Assembly: GCA_965207735.1 (NCBI GenBank)
Contig: OZ242296.1
Location: 1,504,001 to 1,568,000, forward strand
Source of the DNA: Candidatus Versatilivorator sp.
Lineage (GTDB): Bacteria; Acidobacteriota; Terriglobia; Versatilivoradales; Versatilivoraceae
Direction of reading: 5' to 3'
DNA length: 64,000 nt
Shown here: positions 50,444 through 62,155 of the stretch, one piece after another
Layout: every line of letters starts with the position of its first letter
Position numbering within the stretch: the stretch's first letter is position 1
Notes under the pieces: model-generated
Told to the model about the DNA's origin: nothing
What the model saw: only the letters and a program-made list of their open reading frames with translations
Database searches by the model: none
Program-made: the position numbers and the translations under genes

Positions 50444-51930
50444 GAGCCTTTTGCAAAATTCGCAGATAGCGGGAATTTTCACGTGGGGAAAGATCAAGGA
50501 GGGCAGGTGGAAGGAGGGGCAAGACCACTGTCTGTTGTATCATGAAGGTGTCTGAACCACATGATGAACGGAGGTGGAACTTGCCCCTTAGGGAAACCCT
50601 ATCACGACACTGGTTCCGGTTTCAACGAGAGCTGTTTCCCCTGCTGGAGGAAGTTTTGGGGCCTCTGGGAGAGCGTTACCAGCGGCTGGTGCAGGTATTG
50701 GAGTTGGTGCGGGTGGAGGAGTTGCTGCCTTACAGTCGGGGCTGGCGTGGCCGGCCGCTGGAGGATCGGGCAGTGCTGGCGCGAGCCTATCTGGCGAAGT
50801 CGATGCTGGAGGTGGCGACCACGCGGGGATTGGTGGAGCGGCTGAGGAGTGAGGGGAGGCTGCGGCGGCTGTGCGGCTGGGAGAGGGCGTGGGAGGTACC
50901 GAGCGAGTCGACCTTCTCGCGGGCCTTTGCGGAATTCGCTGAGAGCGACCTGCCGGGGCGTTTGCACGAGGCATTGCTGGAGGAGACGCTGAAGGGCCAC
51001 TTGGCGGGGCATGTGTCGAGGGACTCGACGGCGATTGCGGGACGGGAAAAGCCAGCGGCCAAGGCTGCGCCGGAGGCCAAGCGGAAACGCCGGCGGGGCC
51101 GGCCGCCGAAGGGCGAGCGACGGCCCAAGCGGTTGAGCCGGCTGGAGCGGCAGGGGTCGATGACGCTGGAGGAAATGTTGAAGGAGTTGCCCAAGGCCTG
51201 CGACATCGGCGTCAAGCGCAACGCCAAGGGGCATCAGGAGAGCTGGACCGGCTACAAGCTACACCTCGACGCCATTGACGGCGGGATTCCGGTCAGTTGT
51301 CTGCTGACCTCGGCCTCGGTGCATGACTCTCAGGCAGCCATTCCGCTGGCGACGCTGACGGCAAGGCGGGTCGAGAGTCTCTACGACTTGATGGACAGCG
51401 CCTACGATGCGCCGGAGATCCGGGCCTTCAGTGAGAAGCTGGGGCATGTGCCGATTATTGACGTCAACCCCCGCCGAAGAGCTACCTTGAAAGCCGAGCG
51501 GAAGCGGGAGGCACTGGCCCGGCGCTGTATCGGCCAAGTGACTCCCGAGGCGCGGCGCTACCGGGAACGCTCGACGGTGGAGCGGGTCAACGGACGGCTC
51601 AAGGAGGAGTTTGGCGGGAGGCAGGTGAGGGTTCGCGGCCCCGACAAGGTGAGGTGCCACCTGATGTTCGGCATTCTGGCCCTGACGGTGGATCAGTTGA
51701 TGCGCCTGACGCTCTGAAGACCGGGTTGCCACCCCCAACCGCACAGCAGGTTCGCCCGCCTCAAGGCCGGGAGAGGGTAAGCTGTGCCTGCGTCCGGCGA
51801 CCGCTGGCCATCCGGCCATCAGATTCGGGCTTTTTCCTTCAAAAGGGTCTTTGCAGCTGGGTAGTCACCGCCGGAACATCACTGTTGCCAGCCCAATGTC
51901 ATGCCCGATTCCGAATTTTGCAAAAGGCTC
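50444..51930 (+). mobile_element. IS5/IS1182-like element, transposase 50542-51717
   Basis: 19-bp IR GAGCCTTTTGCAAAATTCG; PSESTFSR, DST, GYKLH, DSAYD, R..VER.N.RLK. Confidence 0.88.
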
Positions 51931-52135
51931 AATCGCTATCAATTTCATGTGGGTGATTGGTGTAATCGGAAGTTGCAGACGCAACCAGGCCAGAGCCTCA
52001 GCATTCAGGGAATAACTCTCGCTCCTGCTATTCGGCAGGGATTGCCCAGAGATTGCAAGGGAAAGACCAGGAACGCGGCTAATCCGACCATCCCTGGCAG
52101 GAGAACCGTCAGGAGATTATGGTCATCGTACCTCC

Positions 52136-54206
52136 CTAGCCCATCTTTAACACGTCTTCCAAGTATACGTTTATCATCAACAGGTTACGAAGGCCTCAAC
52201 GCGCAAATGGCACTACAAACGCGTTGAAACCGGTGATTTGAGGGGGAATCAGACGATCATCTTGCGGACCCCTCCGGGAGCGGGATCGACACCCAGGGCG
52301 TCGTAGATGGCCTTCTGATCGGGTTCGGCCCGTGTGGCCTTGCGGACGTGCAAGGCGCGGTCGTCCTGACGCCGGAAGGTCACTGTGACCCGCTGCTGAC
52401 CTTCCAGGATGCGCCGCAACGTGGTCCAACTGGAGGCCTCGCCCCGCCGCTTGAGGCGTTTGCGGATGACCTGCACCAGTTGATAGGCGATGACCGTCAG
52501 AAACAGGTGACCCTCCGAGCGCACCGGCTTGTGATGATAGATGGGGCGCAGACCCAGCTCGGACTTCAGGGAGCGAAACACCGCTTCCACGTCGGTCAGA
52601 GTAGTGTAGGTGCGCCAGAGACTTTCCTCGTCCCAGTCGGTCTGATTGCTGCGCAGGCAGTAGACCCCCGGATGAGTGGCCATCGAGCCCTGGCGGGGAC
52701 GGTGCTTCCATCTCAGCGCTGTCGCCTCGCGGCCGCTCTCATCGGTGAGGACCTCGATGCTGTAGTGTTGCCCCACCCCGCGGCTCTGTTCCTTCAGCCG
52801 CCCGATCCTCTCCCGGACCTTCTCGATGCCTTTGTGAGTCCGCGGCCGGCTCAACCCCTCGGAGAGTCGGGTAAGCCCCTGCTCGAAGCGCCGGCTGAAG
52901 CGCTTCACGATGCCCTTCTCCTTCTCAGCCCGCTGCTGTGAGCGGCAGTAGAGACGCACTTCCTGCCCGTCATCGGAGACCTCCTTGTGGAGCTGCAAGG
53001 GAGCCTTGGAAGCCGTCTCCACCGTCAAGGCCGCCTCGGCATCGAACTGCCTCCGGCCCTGGCGGCTGGCCACCAGGTAGCGATACCCTTCCTGCCTCAG
53101 CCACTGGATCCGGTCCTCGGTCGCCACCCCCCGATCCATCACCACCAGCGCCTCCAGCATCCCCTCCAGGGTGCGGGGCTCATCCACCCTACCGGCAAAG
53201 ACCTCCGAGCGGCGCACAAACCCCGCCCCGTCCAGCACCAACCCCAGCGTCAGCAGCCGACAGTCGCTGCGCTTGTCCTTCGAGTGACCCCGCTCGGCCT
53301 TGGGCTGATGGCCGGCCGCCCCTTCGAAGAAGGTGTTGGTCAGATCGAACAGGGTGACGGTCGGCTCCAGATCGAACAACCCCATGGCCCGGGTGAAGAG
53401 GTGACGCTCGATGGCCTCCCGATGCTTCATCAGCGCGTCCGAGGCCCGATACATCTGCATCAGACTCAGGCTCTCGAAGTCAACCTCCAGCAACTCGCCC
53501 AAGCCGCTGCGCCGCCTGAGCCAGCCCCAGGTGGCCCGTTCCGAGCCGGGTCGGGCCAGACGGCCTACCATGGCCCCCATCGCCGCTGCCCGCATCGGTC
53601 CGTTCAGCCCTAACTCGGTTAGCAGATCCCCCAGCCCCAACTGCTCCAGTGCCCAGCAGCCGACCTGCTCCACCCCCACGCTGCGCGGACGTGTCAAGGC
53701 CACCGAATCCACCTCCACCGACTGCAGGTCCTCGGAAGAAGCCTCCCCAGCGATGCCGGTCACGTCGGCTTCGCCCTCAAGCAAGCGCTGGGCCATGCGG
53801 CTTCCTCCTCCAACGGGGTGGAAGCCACCGGCAAGAGAGGTAACTGACCGGTGAGGATCTGATCGAGACGGCGGCACAGCAGGGGCCAGTCCTCACGCGG
53901 GATCGAGAAGTTTCGACCGAGGTTGAGGAGGGTCTGCTGGCGGACCTTGCCGGAGAGGCGATGGGAGCGGACGAGGCGATGGGTGAAGTAGGTGTGGCCG
54001 GAATGGAGGCTGCGGGTCTGGGTGCGTCGGATGAACATGGGAGGGACGGTACCAGAGGAGAGAGACGGGGGGGGCAAGCCCATCCCATACGATGATGGCA
54101 CTACATTCACCTCTCCAACCAAGAATCAACAACTTACGGGTAATCTTAGGCCACAACGGGGGTAAAATCCCTCCAATCGGCCATTCCTATGTTAAAGATG
54201 GGCTAG
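52136..54206 (-). mobile_element. IS1634-family element; transposase 52249-54038 frameshifted near 53800
   Basis: IR CTAGCCCATCTTTAACA; MFIRRT..., FDLTNTFFEG, GHSKDKR, MDRG, VE..FRSLKSELGLRP. Confidence 0.88.
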
Positions 54207-54452
54207 TGTCGTATCTCAGAAATACGATTACCAACTCCGATGGAGGTTCCACCGGGAAAGGGTCGGTAGGAAAGGCGCCATAGCGATTCACCGAACCGGC
54301 ACCGTTGTGCTCTTCCTCTCCGGAATCTCCATCGGCCCAAGGGGCTAGGCCGTAGCGTCCAGATGTGGTTGGCAAGGACATGATTTGTGTAACACGCCTC
54401 AGGTCGGTCAACTCATCGCACGCGTCCTGGATGGGCTCCGCAGGCAGTCCTC

Positions 54453-55592
54453 TCAATAAATGCCGGGAATGATTCGATACTTCACCCGCGCCTGATACTC
54501 TGCCCACTTTTCGGCACCGTATTTCTCGGCACAGCACCTGTCGTCGTCACGCTGACGGAAAATGAACTGCAGGACGATGAAGACAAAGTAGGTCCAGGCC
54601 CAGGGATTGGTGAAGTAGCCGAATGCCAGGGCAATGGACAGGGAAATGAACCCTTCGCCCATGTAGTTGAAGTGGCGGGCGACACCCCAAAGACCACTGC
54701 ACAGGATCTTGCGGTCACCGGCTTCGATGGTTTCAGGCTCGATGAGCCCGAGAAACTTGCGCTCGGGCCATCGTTTGAATGTGTATTTCTGCAAGTTCGT
54801 GCCGCGCGAGATACCCCACCCCAACAGGAACAGCCCAGCCGTTCCGATGAGCCAGACGTAGGTCCATGCCGGGGAGAATCCGGGGTCCGGGTAAGCGGCC
54901 ATGCCCCACAACGGGAGGATGAACAGCCACCCGTAGACCATGAGGCCACCCCAGAACATCTTGAAGCCGAGATTCTCATGGATCACATCGTAGGTGTATA
55001 GCTGGACGCGCTCAAAGATGAAGTAGTCCAGAACGTAGAATGTAAAGAACGCCGCGAACAGGAGGACGCCTGGATTGGAGTCCTGGCCAAAGAGTTTGTA
55101 GTGGTAGGCAGCCCCGGACAGGGCGTTGAGCGACAACATCGTGCCACCGACGACATAGAAATACATCTTGACGTCGAAGCGCTCACTGAAGAACGACAGC
55201 TCCTGGGTGCGCCCGAACCACAACGCTAGGATCGGATTCTTTACCTTGCCTTGCGGCTGGCTGAACACCGCCAGGAACGTAAAGATGGTGGTAAAGACCG
55301 TTCCGCCTGCCACCGCATAGATCGAGGACCGGTAGAACCACTCACGTGACATCCCGGTGAGCTCGAGAGCCCACACGACGAGCGCGATCGCAAACACCAG
55401 AATACCGTTCAGCCGATAGTTGCGGGGCTTGCCGGTCTCCAGATTGATGACATAGCCGGGAACCCGCTTTCCCGGCAGAATGAGCTGTGCCAGCAAAAAC
55501 ACGGCAAAGATCGCCAGCGGGGTGAAAAAACCCGCAATCGCTTCCGTCCGCGAAAGCTCGAAAAGGTGGCCAATACCAAGCCATTCAATCAT
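54453..55592 (-). CDS. ERG4/ERG24-family sterol reductase
   Basis: Y.LNG, DVIHENLGF, N.QK..FK, SGLWG.ARHFNY.GE, RQRDDD..C..KYG..W..Y...VKYRIIPGIY. Confidence 0.88.
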   Translation of the reverse strand: MIEWLGIGHLFELSRTEAIAGFFTPLAIFAVFLLAQLILPGKRVPGYVINLETGKPRNYRLNGILVFAIALVVWALELTGMSREWFYRSSIYAVAGGTVFTTIFTFLAVFSQPQGKVKNPILALWFGRTQELSFFSERFDVKMYFYVVGGTMLSLNALSGAAYHYKLFGQDSNPGVLLFAAFFTFYVLDYFIFERVQLYTYDVIHENLGFKMFWGGLMVYGWLFILPLWGMAAYPDPGFSPAWTYVWLIGTAGLFLLGWGISRGTNLQKYTFKRWPERKFLGLIEPETIEAGDRKILCSGLWGVARHFNYMGEGFISLSIALAFGYFTNPWAWTYFVFIVLQFIFRQRDDDRCCAEKYGAEKWAEYQARVKYRIIPGIY

Positions 55593-55636
55593 GACCGAAT
55601 ACCCCTTCCTCCAGTGACGCGGTCATCAGAACAAGC

Positions 55637-56557
55637 TCATTTTTCCGGGATACAACCCAGTCTCGTGAACGGAATCAGCTTTGGCACCGAGGCCTGGTAC
55701 TTGCTGTAGGCGGGGTATTTTTCGCCGGAAATCTGCTCTCCGAGTCGTGTGGAGCCTTGAAAAACCAGTATCAACAGAACGCAGCCCAGACCCGTCCAGT
55801 GCCAGAACTGGCCTGAAGTGGAGACGGCAAATGCGTAGAACGTCACCCACATTCCCATCTCACAGAAATAGCTGGGGTGACGGCAGAATCGAAACAGGCC
55901 GCTGTCCATGAACGGCCGCGCCACTTCGCCCCCCTCTTGAATCAGACGTTTCTTGTTCTGTTGAAACCGCCACATCTGCGCATCGGCGATGCTTTCGAAA
56001 GTCAGCAATGCCAGAAATACCACGACGGCAACGAAATCCAGCCAGCCCATGGGTCGCTCGGCATACGCCCAGGCCTGATGAATGGGCGAGGTGAACAGCC
56101 ACACAACCGCCATCGGACCGATTGCGATGACAATTACGTTCATCAGTTGAAATTGCAGGCTGCTCATCTGTTTTCTGAGATAGATCCACCGATAGTCTTC
56201 GCCGCCAATCCAGTACCCTCCCTTGCGGGCGTAGTTGAAGGTCAGTCGTATCGCCCACATGGTCGCCAACAGGGTCATGACGTTGACGCGAGCCGATTGA
56301 AACTCCAGATCCAAAGCAACGATCAGGCAGTACACCGCCGGGAGGACCGACCATAGCCGGTCCACCCAGGAATACTCTCTCGTGAGGATTGAGAGCACCC
56401 AGCAGGTTGTGGCCAGGACGGTGCACAGATCCAGTGCGGATCCGTACGGCGTGCCGACGAGCGGGTGATCGATGAAGTTGAGGGAATTCATGAAGTACTC
56501 CAATGCGACGTCGTCCTCCAAGGCCAGCCGCAAGGCCTTGAGATGGCTACGTGCCAT
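55637..56557 (-). CDS. DUF1295 / steroid 5-alpha-reductase-like membrane protein (start may be 56491)
   Basis: SWVDRLWS, GEDYRW, E.IAD.Q..F, GLF..CRHP.YF.E, Y..YQ..V. Confidence 0.85.
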   Translation of the reverse strand: MARSHLKALRLALEDDVALEYFMNSLNFIDHPLVGTPYGSALDLCTVLATTCWVLSILTREYSWVDRLWSVLPAVYCLIVALDLEFQSARVNVMTLLATMWAIRLTFNYARKGGYWIGGEDYRWIYLRKQMSSLQFQLMNVIVIAIGPMAVVWLFTSPIHQAWAYAERPMGWLDFVAVVVFLALLTFESIADAQMWRFQQNKKRLIQEGGEVARPFMDSGLFRFCRHPSYFCEMGMWVTFYAFAVSTSGQFWHWTGLGCVLLILVFQGSTRLGEQISGEKYPAYSKYQASVPKLIPFTRLGCIPEK

Positions 56558-56666
56558 GTTCACTGTTCAGTTAATATAGCAGTTTTCTTAAATATATGCT
56601 ATAAGAGTGATATTTACTGTACAGCAAAAATCCAGAATGTGGGTGCTTGACGCGGAGGTTGAGGAT

Positions 56667-57743
56667 ATGGAAGGACAGCTGCTTGACCAGTTCCTCGAAG
56701 CCCTGCGGGGGCTACCCGAGGTGCAAGCGGAGTTGGGTCCGCCCCTACAGTCCGATGGGCCGAATCGGAAATATGACGCCCGGGTTGACCTTTGGGTGGG
56801 CGGGAAGGCTGTCACCCTGCTGATAGAGGTGAAGAAGGCCCTCTATCCTCGCGACGTGCGGCAGGCCCTTTGGCAATTCCAGGAATTCGCACGTAGATGG
56901 CCGCAATCGGCGGAAGGACGGCTAACAGTATCCTTCTTGGTTGCACAATCGATTTCACCTGGGGCTAAAGACCTGCTGAGGGACGAGCGGGTTGGCTACT
57001 ATGACAGCGGGGGCAGCCTGTTTCTCCCTGCCGACAACATCTACGTGTACGTGGATAGGCCACCTCCGAAGACCTTCTCGAAATCCATACGATCCTTGTT
57101 TTCAGGCCGTCGTGCGCAAGTGCTGCACCGGCTCCTGATACGGCATGGCGAGTGGTTCGGAGTCAAGGAGATCGCGGAGCAGGCGCGGGTCTCGCCCGCG
57201 ACCGCCTCGCAGGTGCTTACGAAACTGGAGAGGTTCGATTGGGTCGTGTCGCGCGGGCAGGGACCAACCAAGGAACGCCATCTGCGAGAGCCTGGCGCTT
57301 TGCTGGATGCATGGGCCAAGCAACTGGCGGTGATGAGGCCCCTTGCAATGCAGCGCTACTTTGTGCCCTCGGTGCGTGCGGAGGGGCTGGCCCAGAAGTT
57401 CGCCGAGGTCTGCGCTGCCTATAAGGCCGAATATGCGATCACTCACGAGTTGGCAGGGCAACGGTACGCTCCCTTTCTATCGACTGTCTCCCAGGTGCGT
57501 TGTCGGCTGATGCCCGGCGCCGCGGCAAATGAAACCCTTAGCGTACTCCATGCCCACATCGTCGACCAAGGCGCGAACCTTGCGGTCATCGAGGTTAAGT
57601 CATCCGGCGAGTTGCTGTTTCGCGAGCTGGTGGACGGGACTTGGCTGGCGAGTCCCGTCCAAGTCTACCTCGACCTTATGCGCAGCGAGGGCCGCGCCAG
57701 GGAAATGGCGAAGCACCTGCGCCAAGAAAGGATCGGTTTCTAA
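56667..57743 (+). CDS. AbiEi-like type IV antitoxin (HTH)
   Basis: IEVK, central HTH, LLDAW, ASPVQVYLDL..GR..E. Confidence 0.75.
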   Translation: MEGQLLDQFLEALRGLPEVQAELGPPLQSDGPNRKYDARVDLWVGGKAVTLLIEVKKALYPRDVRQALWQFQEFARRWPQSAEGRLTVSFLVAQSISPGAKDLLRDERVGYYDSGGSLFLPADNIYVYVDRPPPKTFSKSIRSLFSGRRAQVLHRLLIRHGEWFGVKEIAEQARVSPATASQVLTKLERFDWVVSRGQGPTKERHLREPGALLDAWAKQLAVMRPLAMQRYFVPSVRAEGLAQKFAEVCAAYKAEYAITHELAGQRYAPFLSTVSQVRCRLMPGAAANETLSVLHAHIVDQGANLAVIEVKSSGELLFRELVDGTWLASPVQVYLDLMRSEGRAREMAKHLRQERIGF

Positions 57744-58699
57744 TGGCGAAACCCGTCACCTTCGACGGCTACACCGATCAGTACACGGTCGATTGCGAGC
57801 GCGTTCTCGTGACCCTGCTGCGCGGATTGGGCCCCTGGAAGGAGTCGGTATATCTGGTTGGCGGCTTGACGCCGCGATACCTGGTGTTGGCTAGGCCACC
57901 GGCCGTGCCGGCGCATGCCGGCACGCTTGACGTGGATATCGTCATCGATCTGCAAATCCTGGCCGACACCGTGGGCTATAGCACCCTCGAGGATAACCTG
58001 CGAAGGATGAGGTTCGAGCGGTCCACAAACGACAAGGGGCAGAAGCTTTCGTGGCGGTGGCAGACCCGTACCGAACATGGCGCGCTGATGGTGGTAGAGC
58101 TACTCGGCGATGCGCCAGAGATCGCCGGTGGCAAGGTTGAGCCGCTGCCCACGAAAGGGACAATCTCCGCGCTCAACATCCCGCACTCGTCCATTGTCTT
58201 CGACCTGCACCAAGTCACGGAGAATCAAGCAGAGCTTCTTAACGGCGCAGGCACCGCCATTGAGCAAGTCAAACACGCCAATCTGGTGAGTTTCACTTGC
58301 TTGAAGGCGTTCGCCTTCGATCAGCGCTTCGAGCGCAAGGACGCGCATGACCTGGTCTATTGCATTGAGCACACGCCCGAGGGTCTCGACAGCGCCGCGG
58401 AGATGTTCCGCAACGCCCTGGAAAGCAGCCACGGCACAGTGATCTGGAACGCTTTGGCAATTCTTCGCAATCGTTTCACACGGGACCAAAATGCAGCACT
58501 GGGGACGTTGTTGAATTACTGGAATAACTTCGATCAGCCGCTCCTAAATTGCTTTGATTCAATAACATCTCCTACGTGCTCTCTACCAGTTATTCCTGTA
58601 ATTCAACAACGTCCCCTATTCGCTTCCCATTCAGGACATCCGGGAAAAAATCATCGAGCAACTGGCGGCCACCGAGAAGGCAAGCCTGAACTAAAGTGA
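57743..58699 (+). CDS. AbiEii-like nucleotidyltransferase; C-terminus probably replaced after ~58490
   Basis: LVGG..P, T.DVD, LK..AF..R...KDAHD; TAATG coupling; composition shift in the tail. Confidence 0.7.
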   Translation: MAKPVTFDGYTDQYTVDCERVLVTLLRGLGPWKESVYLVGGLTPRYLVLARPPAVPAHAGTLDVDIVIDLQILADTVGYSTLEDNLRRMRFERSTNDKGQKLSWRWQTRTEHGALMVVELLGDAPEIAGGKVEPLPTKGTISALNIPHSSIVFDLHQVTENQAELLNGAGTAIEQVKHANLVSFTCLKAFAFDQRFERKDAHDLVYCIEHTPEGLDSAAEMFRNALESSHGTVIWNALAILRNRFTRDQNAALGTLLNYWNNFDQPLLNCFDSITSPTCSLPVIPVIQQRPLFASHSGHPGKNHRATGGHREGKPELK

Positions 58700-58937
58700 A
58701 TTAACCGCGACAGTGACTTGCAAAGCCTCGCCACGCTGATCCGTGCTCGTGACCCCCTTTTAACCCCGACCCCGGAGCCCTGGACGCCCAGACTGGGCGT
58801 CAGCGGCGATTCTTCGAATATTCCGAGAGCCGATCTATAGATCAGAAAACCGACAATCCTATCTGCACCAAAACCCAATCCGCGACGTGTTGTGAGCCAG
58901 ACATGCCGCGGATTGCCTCCTTGAGAAACTCCGCCTT

Positions 58938-59141
58938 TTAGGCAGGTGTGACGTTCTCGGCGCAGGGGCCCTTTGGGCCTTGGCCGATTGTAAACGTCAC
59001 GCTATCGCCTTCGCGCATCGAGTCGATTGGCGTGCTCGTGCACGCGGACTGGTGGAAGAAGTATTCGATGCCGTCGGGTGCGGCGATGAAGCCGAAGCCC
59101 CTGTCGGTGATGCGCTTGATCGTGCCGGTAGTAGATGCCAT
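58938..59141 (-). CDS. csp: Cold-shock protein
   Basis: 67 aa; RGFGFI, FFHQS, GPKGP; SD GGAGG. Confidence 0.9.
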   Translation of the reverse strand: MASTTGTIKRITDRGFGFIAAPDGIEYFFHQSACTSTPIDSMREGDSVTFTIGQGPKGPCAENVTPA

Positions 59142-59387
59142 ACGTGAGTCCTCCGATTGTAGTTGGCCGAAATGGGCCGTGAATGCGTCGAGGGGCACTG
59201 CCAAGTTGACTACGGCAGTGCGCTCTGCCTCCTCATGGGGCCGCGCGCCCTTTTGTAGCTGCTTTGGTGAGGCTTGGAGCTTCAGGTTCGGCAGAACGCC
59301 GAGAGTCAGCGGCAGGTCCCAAGACAGTAGCTGACTGAGCTTGCCACATTCCCACCACTTTGGCAAGGAGAGCGCCCGGAATCCGGG

Positions 59388-59575
59388 GTGCGGATGAGAT
59401 CGCAGCGTTCGCCAATGCGGACGGCGGTGTGCTGCTCTGCGGCATCACCGATGCAGGCAAGGTGCAGGGCATGTCTCGTGAATAGATTATCGAGTTGGAT
59501 TCTATTCTGGTCGAGGTGAGCTCCGACGCCATCAAACCAGCCGTTCGCATCCGCACCCATCGCGCACAACTGGGG
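59388..59575 (+). pseudogene. AlbA_2/Schlafen-like domain fragment
   Basis: ADEIAAFANADGGVLLCGITDAG with an in-frame TAG. Confidence 0.7.
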
Positions 59576-59699
59576 GTTGAATCCGGTAAGGGGAGAAATC
59601 CTGCGCTAAGAGCCGGTCACGGTTTTCTCGGCCATCGGTATTCGCCTGTCAGGAAAATATGAGCCCAGCCGAGGGGTGAGATATGTGCCAGCAGCTTGG

Positions 59700-59992
59700 G
59701 CAATCAACTCCGCTGCTCGCACCTCTAACTTCTTGCACTGAATGGTGCTCAGCTTTCTGATTTTGTCATCTACGTTCACAGCCGTGATTTCTTTTCCTTC
59801 TTCTTCAAACGGGCCAGATGGGCCGTGAAACGCCCATCGGCCTTGCGGACCAGCCTGCGGCAGAACCGCTTTTCATTGCTCCCTTACTTGTCCCATACAA
59901 CCAGCAGGATTACCTCCTGCTTCGTGTCGAAGGCGAAGGCCACTCTACATTCGCCGTACGCCGCACTGAACCTCGGTTCCTTCAGGTTCACG
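59700..59992 (-). pseudogene. Decayed HigB-like toxin 3' part and HigA-like antitoxin start
   Basis: NLKEPRF...RVAFAFD....ILLV.WDK*G..EKRF...AD.RF..HL, then VNVDDKIRKLS...EVRAAELIA. Confidence 0.65.
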
Positions 59993-60388
59993 GGGCAGGA
60001 GTCTTTAGGCGGGACGTAATTAACCTGGCGGGTACGTGCTTGGCGTATTGCATATTGGGGGCGGAGCACCATGCTGCTGCCGCCTACGCGGCTCGACTCG
60101 AACCCCCGGCTGGCGCCGGGGGACGTTTGAACCCCGTAGCTCTTCAGCCGCATAGGTGGCGACTTTATTACGTGCTCGGGTACCCATTGTCATCCCCGAG
60201 GGATGTTTGTCTGGAGCACCCCTGTTTCACCCGGTATGATGCGCCGCGTCGTATGGGGCGAGGTCGCAGCTCACCACGTACCCCGGACAAGCCAAGTCTA
60301 CGCGAATTGCGGCGTTGCATGCCTGCATTGAGGTTGTGCTACCAGACCACAGCGCCCTATGCCTCTGGCCGCCAACCCCGCACCGCCC

Positions 60389-61783
60389 TCAGGGCTGCAG
60401 CAGCACGATGCCTTCTTTTTCGATCCGGGCGAACATCTTGCGGTACTCTTCGGTGCCATCGTCGTCCCAGTATTCGGTGGTGAGGGGGGAGTCGTAGCTC
60501 ATGGGGATGAGGCGCCAGCGGTCGGGGCGCACCATGAAGAGGGACTGCTCGGGGTCGTGGATGTTGTACATGCGGGCGCCGTTGGCGAAGCGGGTCTTGA
60601 TGATCCACTTGGGCTGCTGGGGCAGTTGCAGCTTTTCCAGCCGCTCCAGTTCCTCCCGGTCCAGGGTCACCCCCAGTCCGGGCCGTTCCGGAACTTTGAC
60701 GAATCCATTCACCGGATCGAGCCGCTCCTTGACCACATCCGACTTCTTGCTTTCGGAGGTGTTGACGAAGTGGAAGCTGGCCGTCTTGAAGGCCGACTGC
60801 ATGTGGGTCGTCATGGCCCGGGTGATGTTGCCGCCGACGTTCTGAAGCATGAAGGGGATGTTGGCGGCCGCGAACAGGCCGGCCCGCCGCCGGGCCGTTC
60901 CGATCCTCTGATGTCCCAGCATGTAGGCATCGGCCGCCCGCCTCAGCACTTCGAAGGTGGCTCCCAGCGGGGTGTGGTGATAGATGATCGGCAGCCGGCA
61001 GCGCTTGCGCAGCTCGGCGTAGCCCTCGATATCCCGTTCCTGCAGAGGATCCTCGAAACAGCCGGCGATGCGGTATTTCGAGATATTCTCCACCAACTCG
61101 AACATGTGGTCGTTGGTGCCGTGCATGGTGATGTCGTGGTGGATGCGGAACCCCTCGGGGGCTACCGCCTGCATGGCGTCCATCTGATCCATCACGTTCT
61201 CGAAGGGCGAGAGGTGGTACTTCATCCAGGTATAGCCCATGGCCGAGAAGCGCTCCACGGCCTGGGCCATGCGCTTGGGATGGGTCGAGACCGTCCAGGA
61301 TGCCACCGGCACCCATCGCCGGTAGCGCTGCCCGAAGAGCTTGTAGACGGGGACTCCAGCCGCCTTGCCCATCAGGTCGTACATGGCCGTCCCCAATCCC
61401 AGGGAGTTCTCGTCGCCCACCCAGTCGAAGGGGCTGGTGCCGATGTATTTCTCAATGGTTTCCTCGGGTTCCGGACTTCCGCTCTCACCCAGTCCGGTCA
61501 GCCCGGCGTCGGTGTGCACCACGTAGACGGTCCGTTTCCAGGGACCGTAGAAGTGGTTGAGCTCATAGGCGATCCAGTCCACGAACTCCTCGGTGATGTT
61601 GTGGACCTCGATGTCGGTGATCCGGATGGAGCCATGACGGGACTCGGCCTGCTTCTTGGCAGCCCACACCGGCTTCCAGCCGTTCAAGAGAAGGGCTCCG
61701 CCAAGACCGGCGAAAAAGCCACGTCGGGTGAGAACGCCGGTTTCGGCTTCAGGATTTCTTCCGGAAGAGTTGGAAAAGTGCAT
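60389..61783 (-). CDS. Mandelate racemase/MLE-family enzyme with Tat-like leader
   Basis: TRRGFF leader; DLMGKAAGVPVY.L.G, FEDP, PGLGV. Confidence 0.8.
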   Translation of the reverse strand: MHFSNSSGRNPEAETGVLTRRGFFAGLGGALLLNGWKPVWAAKKQAESRHGSIRITDIEVHNITEEFVDWIAYELNHFYGPWKRTVYVVHTDAGLTGLGESGSPEPEETIEKYIGTSPFDWVGDENSLGLGTAMYDLMGKAAGVPVYKLFGQRYRRWVPVASWTVSTHPKRMAQAVERFSAMGYTWMKYHLSPFENVMDQMDAMQAVAPEGFRIHHDITMHGTNDHMFELVENISKYRIAGCFEDPLQERDIEGYAELRKRCRLPIIYHHTPLGATFEVLRRAADAYMLGHQRIGTARRRAGLFAAANIPFMLQNVGGNITRAMTTHMQSAFKTASFHFVNTSESKKSDVVKERLDPVNGFVKVPERPGLGVTLDREELERLEKLQLPQQPKWIIKTRFANGARMYNIHDPEQSLFMVRPDRWRLIPMSYDSPLTTEYWDDDGTEEYRKMFARIEKEGIVLLQP

Positions 61784-62155
61784 GGCCGACTCCATTCTTT
61801 TGACGAAAGCTGAAGAGAACTCATTATAGGCAGGTTCGCGTCAATATGACACAGTAGCCGAACTTCGGCTGCTCACAGATCAGATCTTAAATGGCAAGAC
61901 TGCAGGCACCATGCCCAACACCTCCCAACGATCCCTAGCAGGAACATTTTTATGTATTTACTCTCATGACACAACTATTACGACAATAAACATACATATG
62001 GATGGATGTATTCTTCATGTACTTATCAAAAAGTTAATTTTAGATAACAATAGGAGACTATGTCTACCTGTGTTACAGGAAAAATCATAATTTGGTAACT
62101 TTACCATTGACTTATCTTCCAGACATTTAGGAAAATGCCATTAGGAGGTCATGTT

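Noticed and set aside
53790-53830. Programmed frameshift in the IS1634 transposase
   Set aside because: No slippery site; more likely a small deletion or sequencing error.
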